A DNA stretch of 63,882 nt, the filler included, from Platydemus manokwari (taxonomy: Eukaryota), in assembly GCA_037951405.1 (NCBI GenBank). It is 5 parts of 5 records of this genome, joined end to end, with 100 filler letters (N's around TTAATTAATTAA, not from the genome) between each part and the next. Parts side by side here need not be neighbours in the genome. Positions count along the whole stretch, not along the records: positions 23,972 to 33,849 come from JBBMOY011193877.1; positions 33,950 to 48,097 come from JBBMOY011519189.1; 3 more parts are not named here. One strand, written 5' to 3'. Made by a program: the position numbers and the translations under genes. Shown here one piece after another: positions 27,401 to 41,399 of this stretch. Within the stretch, counting starts at the first letter, position 1. Each line of letters starts with the position of its first letter. Under the pieces are notes generated by a model that did not search any database, was not told the DNA's origin, and saw only the letters and a list, made by a program, of their open reading frames with translations.

Positions 27401-30400
27401 AATTCTGTTGGAAATGATAATATTATAATTTCAATTATTCGAATAAATATGAGTTTTAATGAGATTTTAGTTTTAATGTTGCTGTTATAAATAGAACATC
27501 TAATAATATTTTATTATCATTATTAATATTTATTTTAGATAAAACAAGATGATATTATTATTTAATATAAGATATTGGATTATATTGAAATTATTAGAAT
27601 CTTTAATGTTGGAAATCGTGATAGTAAAATAAAGAAAATATTTTAAAAAATAGCTCAATTAGAAAATATATCTCTTTTCCGCGATATCTGTCGTCGCGAT
27701 TTCTATCCATATTCAGAGTTATAACAAATGAATCAAGAGGGAATATTAGTCTTGTATTAAACAGAGTAAAGGTTGCTTATTTAGCTATAATGTATAAACT
27801 ATTGGAAAAGGAATTAATATAGATTTAATCATATGATAAGAATAATATTATATTCTGGATGAAAAAAATTTTCGAATATCTGGAAGGAAAATTAAAGAAA
27901 TTGATGAAGTCACTCTGACTCTGAAGTTTCAAACATCTGACCAGCAACCATAACTTTTGAATTAATTTATGTTAATCTAAACATTTTAACAAAATTTTTC
28001 ACATTTTATATTCATTTTAAACATCTAAAGTAGTAAAGTGAGAAAAAAGATTGAAAATATTCTTTTGTAGAAGTGGGAAGCATAGCAATTTCTTTAAAAT
28101 GCACTGAGTGGTGTCAGTGATGCTAGAATACAATTTGAAATTTTAGTGTGGAATATCCTCGACAAATTTCACAAAATAACAAATTGACCTTAAATTTGGT
28201 AGAGATAAATTCGAAATGTTGAAGAATTTATTAAAAATGTTAAAAATGTATCGGACAGTTGAGTCTATTTATTGGAATGATAGCGTCACGCTAATTGAAC
28301 AATTGATAGTAGAATTTGATATTTAGAATTTACTAAATCAACTATTTTTATCGACATAGATGATATTATCGAATAGTTTCATGTGAAGGCATTTGAAAAT
28401 CAGCTCGATAATGAACTGGAAATTAAATAACTGAAGTTTTTATATCATATTTTCTAGATATATCGGTGGGAAGTATCTCGACTATAAAATATTATCTGTT
28501 TCGGAGCATTTATTCAATTATATTGATAATTATCTGTTCATCTTATCGATGAAAGATTCCCGATTCAAATGCGATAAAACAAGTAAAAAGTCATCTTTAT
28601 AGGAAAAATGAAGCGAGTTTTAGGATCGAAATCAAATTGTATACAATTGAATATTTTTAAGTTTTCTCATTGAAAATTATTTTAGAAAATATGTGTTGAA
28701 TGCCTGTTATTATTTTGGTATTCTTCTAATTTTTTGTCCCACTAGTACTACATTTGAATTTGTGAGCTTTAATTTAGAATTATTAATCAAATAATAGATG
28801 CTGAGAAATAAAAAAAATTATTTACGGTCATTATGCTTTGGTGAGAAAAAAGTCGGTTATTTGATCACAAAATTTTATTTTTTTTGATTTAATAAATCTT
28901 GCTTACTGAGACGTCAAATTATCCTTTCGAGAAATAGCTATCCATTTGAAATTATAATTTATCTGATATTAGTGATTATTTATTTTATCGCAATCGGTTT
29001 TCATTGATCACGCAACCTTTAATAAAATGTAATATTATCATTATTATTTATTGGAATATGCTACTGTAGAACAAATTTACATGATCTATTATGTCTTAAG
29101 TTAGGTGAAATTCCCATGAATGACAATTAGGGATTTAGTTGATTCAAGATCTAATATGATAGTGATGAATAAAAGCGACCAAACTGATTTCTTATGTAAT
29201 ATCTGCTAGAATTATTGGCAAATTGTTTAGTAACCTCATAACATGACTTACAAATAAAGCTTTTTCAATTGAAATTTCAAGCGGATCCTGTCGGGTTTCT
29301 AGCATTTATATTTTTGTACCGAAAAAAACCATTTATTTATTATTTTGTGATTAGTGGCGAAAGTTGGTCATCAATCCTGGTTGTGTGAGCGGCCTCGATA
29401 ATATGTGGAATTTTTTTCGATCAAAATTGATCCGAAAAATCACATTTATGATTGATTTTCAAGAATCATTTGGTATCGAATTTCTATTATCCTTCATTTC
29501 CCGCCTGAAAATGTTTCCTGAATACATGAATCTCGAAAAATTCACTATCAAATTCATTGGATCTATGATGATGCAGTCTGTGTTAGTGTATAGAGTGATT
29601 ATTTATGCAAAATTTTCCTCGTCTTTTCCAGTCACCAAGTGTCAGTTCAAGATATTTTGTCTTGTTGCAAATATATCAAAGTCTTATCAATATCCAGTGA
29701 AAACCCCATCAGTCTAGCTGTTTCAAAGAAGAAATTTTCCAGCAATCTCATCGAGAAATTGGTAAAGCTTTTATTTTTTTCTTGTTTTATACTGCGTGAT
29801 AATTATTATCAAAATTTCTTTTTGAATAATATTATATTTTGATTTATAATAAATATATCTCCCAGATCAATTGATTTTTATATTATCTTTTTATAGAGCT
29901 CTTCACTTCCATTTCATTAATTTTATAATGAGCTCATTTCATAACTCATTTCGAATATCATACATATGCATTATATTATATTAATATTATGCTTTAACAT
30001 TGTTTATTTTACAATATTCATTTGAGGAAAAGGTTTGTGTTCTTTGTTAATATAAAACGACCAAAATTCCATATCATATAATTAATAAGATGATTAATAT
30101 ATTGATATTTGTATCTGGCATGCCAATGGAGCGGGGTTAATCAAGTCAATCATTTCGACCCAATTTGTTCTCGTTATTATTCGATATTATTAAATAATTT
30201 CTTGTATTATTAACAAAATCTTAACACATGTTTTCAATATAATAAAAGTTGCGCATTAGAATAAAAGAGTAATATTATGGATGTGACTTCCGCTAATGTT
30301 GTGGTACAAGCAGTATTATAGCACAAAGGTATTTGTGTAACCCTTTCAATACTGCGGGATATATAAGTCCCATCTGAAATTATGTAAATATGTTCTTTTA

Positions 30401-32536
30401 TTTATTTGCAGCACATATAGTTCAGTTATACAATAATATTTTCACTGGCCAAAAGTCGTATTGAAAGGGTTAATGAGAGAGATTTATGTTTGCAAATTTT
30501 GAATACAACTTAGATCACGAGCAATATTTCATGAAGAACAATCAATGATAGTTCTTGTTTCTGTATTTTTATAATAATTAAAACATCGTTTTCTGGTTGG
30601 TTCTTTTAAAAGTTTTACATTCCCCTATGCTAGACATTCAAAGGGACTTTTATATGAAGAAGCCATAACGATTGCTTTTACAATCTTGCGATACAATCGA
30701 GAGATTTGATTGTAGTTTTATTATTTGTTTCCAACATTTCAGTAAATTTTCAAAACCCATTCTGACAAATAGAACACATTCCGTGTCTAGAAGGCAAATA
30801 TGCATTCATTAGCAAATAAAACATTAGGTCACTGGAAACAATTTCGATTATTCATTTCTTTCATTATCGAACGAGTCTGTTGCCAGGATTATTTCAAATT
30901 GAGAGCAATGTAACAGCTATATAGTAATATTAAATATTGCCAAGGATTTATTATAGAATATTATCTTAACTTACTGTTGTCAAGACAACTCTTGTGATAA
31001 AACAAATTATTAAAAAATGCTCAACTTCTTGTATTTGATCTGTCATCATATTTTCAATTATATTCTTCCATCAATTGAGATAGGACAAATTGTATTGATA
31101 ATCACGTTTCGTGGATTGTAAATCGAATTTTAATTTCGAATTTAGCTCTTCAAATGAGATATCATAACTTGTTACTGGAAACCGTTTCAAGATTTAAACA
31201 AAATTTATTTTTGATTATTTTATTTCATTCTTCATTGTATTATATTGGGTGGTGCTGGAATTTCTAAATGTTGCTAGTAAATGTGTAATACGTCATGGCT
31301 TTTTGTTATAATCGAATTTCAATTTAATCATTTCTAGAAGCTGAAAAACATTCAAAACGTATACGACATTATTCAAGCCAATGGTGTATATACTCCGAAT
31401 TTGAAAACAGTGCATTGTGGAGATTGGAGCTTTGTTACTACGATTGTATGGTTTTTATATTTTTAAATGTTTCTAATTTTGATTTTTAATCAATCTGCAT
31501 TGCGATGGATATGTGAAGATCTGTTCATTGAGCCTTCATCAATTCTAATATGGAATCTGCTGATATAGATCGGTTTCGTAATATTTTCTACTCATTAGTG
31601 CAAGATATGATTTCGAGAACATCATTTTATAATTCACTCATTGATTCATTCAAAGCCATCTCGTTTATACCCATTATCAATTCATAATCTCCCATGGCAA
31701 CCCATTGTAATTATGTTTAATCCTAAATCAACACATAAATAGTAATAATAATTTTAATAGTAATATTATATATATTTTATATTAGAAGGTAAATTAAATT
31801 TTTTGAATAGATTAGTTACAATTTTCTTCCAGATATAAAGAAAGTAAATGGAGAAGTGTGAATATTAAAATATAACAATTTTGGTTAATGGTCACATCCA
31901 ACAATAATTGGCTCATATGTGTCTAGTTAATAAGAAACTCGTTTCGTTGAAATATTTTTCCATTATTGATTTTTGAAAGAATTTTATTATATATTAATAA
32001 TATACAACACTGTTTTACTCTAATATCATTTTTTTTCAAACAACCAGGATCATTTACCATTAGCCAATGTCACGAACTTGAATCTGTATTTTTCTGAATC
32101 CGTAACTATAACCGATACAACACCATTTGCCCAACTAATGAGGTGAATTAATGAATACTTCATTGCTTAAATTAGTTTGCGAAAATTAGTTTGGAAAAGC
32201 TGTCTATTTCTCGACCAGTTCTGAATAGTGAGCTTTTGAATCTCTTGATCAATATTTGCAAACCTAAACGCTTGTTGAAAGTTTTTATTCAGACAGTTCT
32301 GATAATGGAGGTGTGGCTATTAATAGATTTTATTGGATTATTTTTATTATTGATCCTAGGATTCCGATAGTGTGTGCTATAATTTACAATGTTGTTTTCC
32401 CAAACATATTCCCAGCATTGTTTTGAATATTAAAGTGGTGAGAATGAAAACAATTGATCAGATTTCCATGAAAACGTTATCGAAACAGATTCAAGATGTT
32501 CTCCCAAAAAATGTTCAACTACATTTGTCTTCATAA
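24470..32536 (+). CDS. F-box protein with LRR-like C-terminus (5' partial; one exon damaged)
   Basis: Exons 24470-24811, 24872-25363, 26678-26878, 29355-29581, 29632-29761, 31338-31445, [about 31491-31706, damaged], 32048-32142, 32190-32310 and 32360-32536 are phase-compatible GT-AG. F-box: SLLNLPFLILEQILTSPNLSTQDKLNCRVASRVLKCIVDGGQV|WRKLVI. LRR-like: NLEKFTIKF, YIKVLSIS, PNLKTVHC, NVTNLNL, SLEKLSIS. Confidence 0.8.
27650..28450 (+). pseudogene. Decayed coding fragments inside an F-box gene intron
   Basis: Coding-like tracts with stops, e.g. MLKNLLKMLKMYRTVESIYWNDSVTLIEQLIVEFDI*. Confidence 0.25.
30341..30469. mobile_element. piggyBac-type MITE (129 bp), intronic
   Basis: Perfect 12-bp TIR CCCTTTCAATAC / GTATTGAAAGGG; right flank TTAA, left flank GTAA. 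Confidence 0.85.
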
Positions 32537-33849
32537 TTATCGCGAAGATTTTATCGTCTAAAGAATTTTTGCATTTATAGTTGCGTTTGTCAAAATTTAA
32601 TATCAATTTTAAATTTGTTGTCTTTTCTATAAATTTCTAATCTTCGATTATTGTTATTCATATGATTTGGTCAGTTAAAATGTATTTAATCGGATTGCTG
32701 GTTATCTGAAGCAATCGACCTTTTTTATTGAGGCATTTATTTATATTTGCTGATTATATTTCACTATATCCTAGAGAAGTATTAAGTTGTCTATATATTG
32801 GTTGCAATTATTAATGATTTAATTGTAGTGGTTTAGATTATCACACATTTATTTTTCACAGCTATATTTATAAATTGAAGATAAGACAAAATTTTTCTCA
32901 TTAAATATATAATAGATGATAAGGTGTCAACATATAGCTAATTAAAATTAATATACTGTATTCGTCTCTAATTATTTTATCAATTATAATGCGAATGAGA
33001 AAAACAATTTTTTCTCAAATGAAAATACTGAAGAACAAATTTATTTAAAGATTATTGATGTTATGGTCTAAATTCTGAATGAAATTATTTTTAATAAGTT
33101 TATCGTGATGAAGTGAGATCCACAAGACAATATTGATATTATTATTTTATAATCACAGCACATACATATAACCACCAATCAATGTCTTAGCCTACATTAC
33201 TAAGTGATAATAATAATCAAGAATGATAGTAACATCCTTCAAGTTCCAAGGAAATCAAGAAAAACCAAAGCATCAACTCACTATATCAATACGACATTAA
33301 ATAATTCTTATCATAGGTAGTACTTATCAACCCGCTTGTTTGTTCAGTTGCTTCTTATAATTTTGTGCTATATACAAGCACTGAGAAATATTTCAGCTCT
33401 GAATCCTTTATATCAAACCATGCTCCTTGATGGTAAAGAAATAACTTATAGAGATTTATAACAATAGAGATTTACATTCAAATAGGAGCAGCTACAAAAC
33501 AAACTTATATTACAGTCAAAATAAAACGGATAATCTGTTGCTAAATTTTTAATCTTAGTTTAACTCTCAAGACACTAAGTTTAAACATATTGTTCTTAAT
33601 CCTTAAATACAGAGTTCTGTGGCTGAATCTTTTATCTGATGCTTTTAAAATTTAATGAATGCATTTACTCTTATTTTGAATGTCAGTTATCATAATAATG
33701 AATGTAAAGCCATTGAAGAGTTCCTAGCCCATTATACTAGAAAAAACTTTAGCTGCACTGTTAGCTTCTAATACCTCTTCGCTTTTAAGGTTAAAGTCAA
33801 AACTCATAATTCTCAATGTGTAAAAATATATTTCATATTAAATATTATT

Positions 33850-33949
33850 NNNNNNNNNNNNNNNNNNNNNNNNNNNNNNNNNNNNNNNNNNNNTTAATTA
33901 ATTAANNNNNNNNNNNNNNNNNNNNNNNNNNNNNNNNNNNNNNNNNNNN
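33850..33949. other. Artificial scaffold linker
   Basis: N44-TTAATTAATTAA-N44. Confidence 0.95.

Positions 33950-34021
<72 letters not shown>
33950..34021. repeat. (AAT)n microsatellite
   Basis: Perfect AAT run. Confidence 0.95.
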
Positions 34022-34940
34022 TGCTAGAATTTTTCGTTTTGTATAATAATTATCATTAATTTTATTGATTTATTGCCTTTCATTTGTAATATCATTTATT
34101 TTTCAAGTATAAATAAAAAAATGTGGGCTTTGCTATTGTTATGAGTTTGGATAAATTTTGTTAATATATTGCTTTAATAACAGCGATGGTAGACCCTTAC
34201 ATTTATAATGATAGCTCATTAAAAATAATCTAATTAATCAAATAAACTTGCAATTTAAATAATAATTTCAAATCAAGAATTAACTCATGATCAAATTAGA
34301 AAGCTAAATTTTAATGGATTAAAGAACAAATCCTTGAAACTTTAAATAAAACATATCATTTATATTAGCCATAAATATATCCTCACAAAAACAATTTATA
34401 TAGAACTTGACGGGCCAATAAGTTTGACGTCACACAAATATTTTTGAAGTCCATAATGAAACTTTGTTCCATGAAATAAATGGAACAAATCGTATCAGTT
34501 TATCTATATTGAATTAATATAAAAAAATTTTGAATATAAATATAAATTGACACTTTTATACCAGAAAATAAATATTAAATCATTGGTTTTAAATTTTAAT
34601 GATTTTTCTATCCATGAGTTCGGATTGTGCGTTAATTTCTATTTTAAAAAAATCTCAAATAAGATCATAATAAATTTAATGAATTATCTGCCGCCATATC
34701 TGATTGGGATTGAATGATGTGAGCGTCTATTCATCATTTTATCGAAAGTCGTTAAATTATTTAGTTTCATTAATTTGATTTAATTTCATTTATTAGTTTT
34801 CACAAATATTCAGGAAATTTTTCTTTAGCCTCATTTAAATATTATACTTGAATTCAGTGGTCGTAAAAATTATTCTTATTAACTTGAAAATAACGAATTT
34901 CAAATTATTACTCGTGGATTATACAATTTTAAGATTTGGA

Positions 34941-35219
34941 TGTCGTATATGTGTAACAAAAGCAACAAGATATTTAAAGAGATCTCGAGAATAACTCTCA
35001 AAAGGTCTGATTTACGAAGACGCGATGAGCATGCGTGCTAAAAACCAATCAGATGCCTTTAAAATGTCATTGGGTATATAGAATTCGATCAAGCAACAAA
35101 CGTCAAGATAAGCTAGTGGCCCGAAAAGTTAGAAGAAAGTCAACTCATAAACTAATATATGGATGGTTCTAAAGAATAAAAAAGCATAGCAACAAAACAA
35201 CAGGTAAAGACACCCGACA
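34941..35219 (+). mobile_element. Solo-LTR-like element
   Basis: TGTCG...CGACA inverted ends; internal CCAAT, TATA-like and AATAAA in LTR order; shares AATAAAA(AA)GCATAGCA with 47639-48086; no TSD. Confidence 0.4.
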
Positions 35220-37714
35220 AGTTTATTAAAGAAGTTGAATCTCTTGACCAACACTCAGTTTTTCATGGTCGGTAACGTTCTATCTCTTCTATAGTTTTGT
35301 GTGATCATTCTTATGATCAATCTTTAGTGGTCATTATTTTTATTATGCTCTACATATTTGGTGCAGATCTCGTTGAGAATTGTTGGACTCAGAGCGAACG
35401 TTGTTTATTTGATTCTAAAGTGTAACTTTGTGATTATAATTACAATTTTGATTCGGCGTTAGCAGATCAGTAACAAGGGTCACTTTAAGAAAAAATTATG
35501 CCGTTCTAGATTTTATTATTCTTCTAATCAAATCATTGTGAATTCGTTTGGACGGAATTGTTGTGACCAAAATATTTCATGAAATATGCGTTTAGTTTAA
35601 TAATATTTAATAGTATTTGTCTTTTACAAATACATATAAATAGTCGCCCTCAATCTGGAATATATCAACTGGAATTTGATTTACAAAGTTATTTTGGAAT
35701 TAAATATTGTTAAGTACAAATTTATTCATCTAAATTTATCCCAGTTTCAATACAATCTATAAGTTATTTAAATCACAAAAGATAGGAGTTAAAAAAAACT
35801 TTCTTGTTTACTTTCTCAAAATTTGATGAAAAATAGAATAAGGTTTTTATAATCATCATACGAATTATGGAATTTATTTTTCCTTTTGGAAATCACTTAT
35901 CTAATTAATATTTATTCTGAAAATTTTAAATTTCATATGATAAAGATAATTTTTTTAAATAAAAGTTAAAATATTTTGAACTTTTCCCAGCATGGTTTTA
36001 TTGTATAGCACTTAAATAGATACAAGAAGTGTTATGATATTTATTATAAACTTTCACAAATGTCCACAATAAATTGAAATCATTTTCTTTCTAAAATTGA
36101 ATGTAAATTAATTTATAAATTCGTTTTTGTAATTTACATAATCATTTCGTTAACAATGGAACTTTGTTCTGTATTAGTTGATTGAATCATCGATTATCAT
36201 ATCAAAGCCAATAGTTATTAATAATCTCTTCTACTTATCCTCTAACTAGAGAACTTTGAATAAACTAATTAAAAAAATCTTGTTTATCTGAATCTACTTT
36301 CTTTAACACTTACTTCTGGATTTCGATCGCATGGAATAATTTCGTCTTTGTTCGAAATTAGCATATGTCATACAAGTATGGCTGTAATATTATCATGAGT
36401 GTTCTTTTTACAAAATAATGTATATATAACCAGTTTTATTATTATTGAAATTGGTTAATTTCCATTGATCGACATAACTAATAATTTTCATTCTGTCAAC
36501 AGCTCAATTTTTTATTTATTACATTATAGTAAGTGATTTATTTTATTCTTATTTTAAAGCATAAATTTATTTCAAAAAAGCATTATTCCAATGAATTTTG
36601 CGTTATTTCATTTTGACATTCATACTTCTTTAAAAAGATTCGTATTTTATAAGAAATTAACTGGTTTTTTTGCTAATCAAGAATAATAGAGTATTATTCA
36701 TAAGTTTGGTTTAAACTGGCAGACATCTACAATCACTTCTGTTTTTTAACCCAAAATATGTCATTTTCTTGAGTGTATTTGATTTTCATTTGTAATTCAC
36801 GTTTCCAAAGCTTTGATTCGAAATTGTGATTCTTCAGAATTCTGATTGTTCAGTTTCTATGTATAAAGAAAAACGATTTTGCACCTTGGGACCCTTATTT
36901 TAGGCATTTGCCTGCCCACACAACCACGCAGGCATGGCAATCAACGAATCACAACTAATATAGATGGGAAATGATAATTTTAAAAAGAGACATAGTCACA
37001 CAGTAACACACACATACGAATTGATCAATCCCGCATATATAAAAACCAACACGTCTAATAAAAACTTGAGAAATGTGATACAAAAATAACAAACAAATTT
37101 AGAGTATAAATACAAATGTAAAGTTGGCCAAATACCAACTGAAAGCCAAATTTCGCGTGTAATTTTGAGATGTTTGAAAAGGCTCCTGTATCGTACTAGT
37201 CCGTACGCGTTAGGGAATATTTGCAACCTTCGATTATTTCGATGTCAACAATACTTTGTATTTAGCATTGTTGTATTAGAAAATTTTGACGAACTTGCTT
37301 TTCATATTTATCAATAATGAAAAAACTGCTTAACTGTAGTAAGTTATTAATGGTTTCATGTAAATGGGAAAGTTTATGCATATAACATTAATCCTATAAA
37401 ATTGTTAAATACTTGCAAGAATTGACAATTTCTTTATTTTCGAAAATTATCTATAAAAAATTAGCTACTTTTACTTGCATTGAATCGACGATTACCTAGT
37501 TTATGCTGTTTATGGTGTCATGTTAAGTCTTTCTAACATTTATATTTGTATTTTTACTTCAAGTTTCTTAACTAAGTTCTACAAAGGCTTTTATTAGTGT
37601 TTCATTGTTCAATTTGTTTTGATTGAATGAGTGAGTTATTTGTTTATTTAAAGCTTGTGTATTTTTAATATGGATATTTGTAATTCATTATCTTGTTGAT
37701 CAAATGATGTATAT

Positions 37715-38242
37715 CAGTGATTCGCAAAGTGGAAGTTACCACCCCCTGTTGGGCGCTGCAAGGATCCAGAGGGTCTGTGGTGAATACAAGCTCATTTAAG
37801 GACGATAATGCTATAAAAATGTAAGAAAATAATTTTTAAAATTTTGATGTATCTCGTTTGCTCAAAATGCTTAATTTGTCTTTAAACAACGTACCGTATG
37901 TTCTCACTGATTTTTATTGAAGTATGTGTAATCGCGCACTCAATGCTATTGCTTGTGCGCTCTGCCGATTTCAACGCCGAAGTCTGGTAGTAGGGCGGTA
38001 ATATTTCTGGGATTCCCCGTAATGATTAACTGAAATTTTTCTTTTTAAATATATTAAAAGAAAGGTTAACTTGTTGTGATTTTACGAGAAGTTAAAGTTA
38101 AGTAACAAAAGATAGTAACATTAAGATTTTTTTATAAATTGCTACTAAAATTTTAAAAATTTGGTGAGGGTTATTTTGGAGGCACTAAGTAATATTTATT
38201 CTGAAAAGGGGGCGATACGCCCGAAAAAATTGGCAATCACTG
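37715..38242. mobile_element. Non-autonomous hAT (Buster/Charlie-type) element, 528 bp
   Basis: TIR CAGTGATTCGCAA / TTGGCAATCACTG; perfect 8-bp TSD ATGTATAT (37707-37714 and 38243-38250) with central TA. Confidence 0.92.
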
Positions 38243-39418
38243 ATGTATATGCTTGTAGTTACGAATAAATTATATGACTAAATCTTACTTTTGCACTTGT
38301 AACATGGAATAACGGAATAAATTATAATAATATAATTATTAAAGAAAAAATATAATTTGTTACAGAAAATAATATTTGTAAATCAATTGAAAAAATAAAC
38401 ATAATAACGCACATAAAAATTATAAAAAGGAAAAATGGAAGATAGTTAATTATTAAAGACAACACCCAGGACTATAAAAGGAATCAGCAGTTGACCATTA
38501 GACAAACATCGCAATACAACTAAAATCACAATTTCACTGATTATCTCCAGTAAACTCAACTAGAATTTTTAAATAAATTGTCTACGGCTACTCAGTGAAT
38601 CTAAACGAATAGTTGACGATTGAATCATTTATTCACCATCAATAATTTATTACAGATTTAACCAATTATAAATTCGATCACTATTAACAGTTGAAAATCA
38701 TGAAATTTGCATCTTATTGGAATTAATTTGTTGATTAAAATCATCAGCTATTCTTCAAGAAATAAATTAGCGTGAGTATTGAGTTTGTAATATCCTTCTA
38801 AATCAATAAACAATTTTCTTCTGTTATTCTGTAATGGTAAAAGGTGCAACACAATCTGTATCACTTTGTTTTATTGTTCTTTGCTAATAATCATTTACTA
38901 TTAACAATCGCTTTAAATATTTGAATTTATGAACATACTGTTACAATTCTAAGATGGTAGTCAGATAATTATGAAAGTCAAGTAAAAATGAATGTCACAA
39001 AAATTAAGATTTTGGCACCTTGGAATCACTGTTTTGGTTCAAAGCATACACACACGTATACATATATACTCAACCTTACAAGCGTGGTAACTAACAAAAA
39101 TTTAAGATTTCGATTCGGTAAAGTCATAAACACACTACAAACCATACACATGAAATGACTAATCCCAGTCATGGAAATTCGATAAATCCAAATGGAATTG
39201 AAGAAATAGTATGTGGAATTTACTTATCATAAGAGTACTCATGCAATCTCTGAGTATAAATGATGATAGACTATTATCAGTTGAGACCAATGAAAGAAAT
39301 GATTTGTTTTATTGATTTTTTAGTGAGTGCTGAGTAGCACAAATATTTTAGTGCATACAAACTGCCACCTTTGAGTCATTTTCATAAATCGGAACATGGG
39401 CGTCATTTTAATAAAATA

Positions 39419-39708
39419 CTAGCCTTACCCGACTACACATTGCTATGGCTTAGCCTGATTAAATTAAATAGTTTTTAATTAATTATTTTGTATATGAATA
39501 ACGAAAGATATTTAAATTTAAACGAGGATTAATTGAGAAAACATGAAACAATTAAATCTATGTTACATAACTGTCTAACCCGTGACAATTAAAAACATTC
39601 AAGAGAATCGAATTCAACATTGCGTTAAAATTTGGAAACTCTCAATGGAAAATTTTCGGAGTTTTTTTATTTTGAATAAACAAGTATTTACATTTTTATT
39701 TATGCAGA
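39419..39708 (-). mobile_element. Non-autonomous Helitron-like element, 290 bp
   Basis: Minus strand reads A|TCTGCATAAATAAAAATG ... degenerate GC hairpin ... GGGTAAGGCTAG|T: TC start, CTAG end, inserted between A and T. Confidence 0.7.
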
Positions 39709-40339
39709 TTCTTAACGTTAAAAAAGTGATAATTAACCTTAAAGTTTTACTAATAATGTTGTATTTCTGTTAATTTGTCTTCGTACACTAAGAGCACGTT
39801 TTTCAAACTCGAACCAGTACTATAATAGTTGTTGATTCAAAATTACTCTTTCGACTCATCGATTATTTAGGTTGTTATAATTAATATACTAAACCTTTGA
39901 TTTGGACCATATATGTCATTTAGTAGAAGTACTTAACAGTAAATGATATTTGTCCCATCTAAATTTTCTAAAATTAAATCGTGTAGATTAAAATGTATGT
40001 TAAAGAAATGACAGAATATTTTAAAACTTTGTTAAACATAAAAATAATAAACCTAACATAGAACCATGACATTTAATCATGTATGATGATACTAAAAATA
40101 TTAATGTGATACAAGATGTGAAACAATTAATTAAATATAATAAATAGTGAAATACTAAAGTACATAATCAGCATTTAGAAATCTTTGTAAAAAAATTACA
40201 TTTTGATACTAACTAGTCTAAAATTATTTTATTATAAATTCATATTTTCTATTCAAATATTATATTCATCAGTTTTTTTCAGTGGTTATTTGATACAAAT
40301 GAAAAACTTGGCTAAAGTTAAAAATTAGTATCCTGAAAT

Positions 40340-41225
40340 AAAATTTTAAAATTGTGGAGTGAATTTCAAAAACCTATACAGATTATTTAATTAAATTCTT
40401 TAATAACATTTTGAATTCTTTATTTAAGTACTTGAGTAAAATTTTAGTTATTTAGAATCAAATAATACATACACTGGAGTTTAACATTAGAAGCAATTGG
40501 AATGACATCTAATATTTTTAGAGTTATTTTATAATAAAGTGACTTCTAAATTAGTGAGAAGTGCCAGGAACAAGGTACTTGTGTTTTCTCTTAAAATAAG
40601 TATATTAATTAATCTATTTAATAGATTGGATACATAGATTCAAAACCTGTCGATGTTGTTATGAAATGAAAATTTGATCCAAATCTATATAGTTTATTTA
40701 ATTAAATTCTTGAAAAACATTTTAAATTTTTTATTTAAGTACTTGAGAAAAACTTAAGTGATTTAGAATCAAATAATATATACACATGAGTTTTGAAATC
40801 TAATAAAAATTAGTTATTCAAAAAACTGGTCAAATACAATTAATTGAATATTCGTTGCCAAGATTTTTAGAGTTATTCAATTTTATTTGGAAATGGTTAA
40901 GGAGTGCCAGGAACTATGTACTTGTGTTTTATCTCAAAATATTAATAATTATTTAATAGATAATTATTTATAGATGCAAAACCTGTCGATTCTATACTGA
41001 AAGGAAGATTCCATTCGAATCAATAAATCATACTGATGGAGATGCCACAAATATATAAGAGGTTATGGAATTTAAATAGGGATTGTTCAGTAATTCGGTC
41101 CTGTCTCTTAACGGAATTCTCAATAAGTTATTTGTGGTGCACGGAGTTCACACAAAATGTGTATTAGTAAAATGGCACTCATAACCAATTAACAATCAGT
41201 AAATGGTGACAATTTTTATTAAAAT
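40340..41225 (+). mobile_element. Two tandem decayed copies of a Merlin/ISXO2-like transposase 5' region
   Basis: Direct repeat with about 310-350 bp offset; spliced KCQEQ|DWIHRFKTCRCCYEMKI, then WRCHK and ISYLWCTEFTQ...TISKW*QFL in copy 2, resembling the Merlin N-terminal zinc ribbon and HTH. Confidence 0.5.
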
Positions 41226-41399
41226 TAAACTAATTATTTAAAATTATTTATTAAATTACAAATTTGTAGATTCCACACCTAGGAACTTCGTAGAAATTGA
41301 TTAATCTTATTTTGGAGGGGCTGTTATTTAAATTTCTATTCAAATTTTCTCCCAGTTTTAAAGCTATTTTCGGTTCATAAAGAGTTTTAAGTGGATCCG

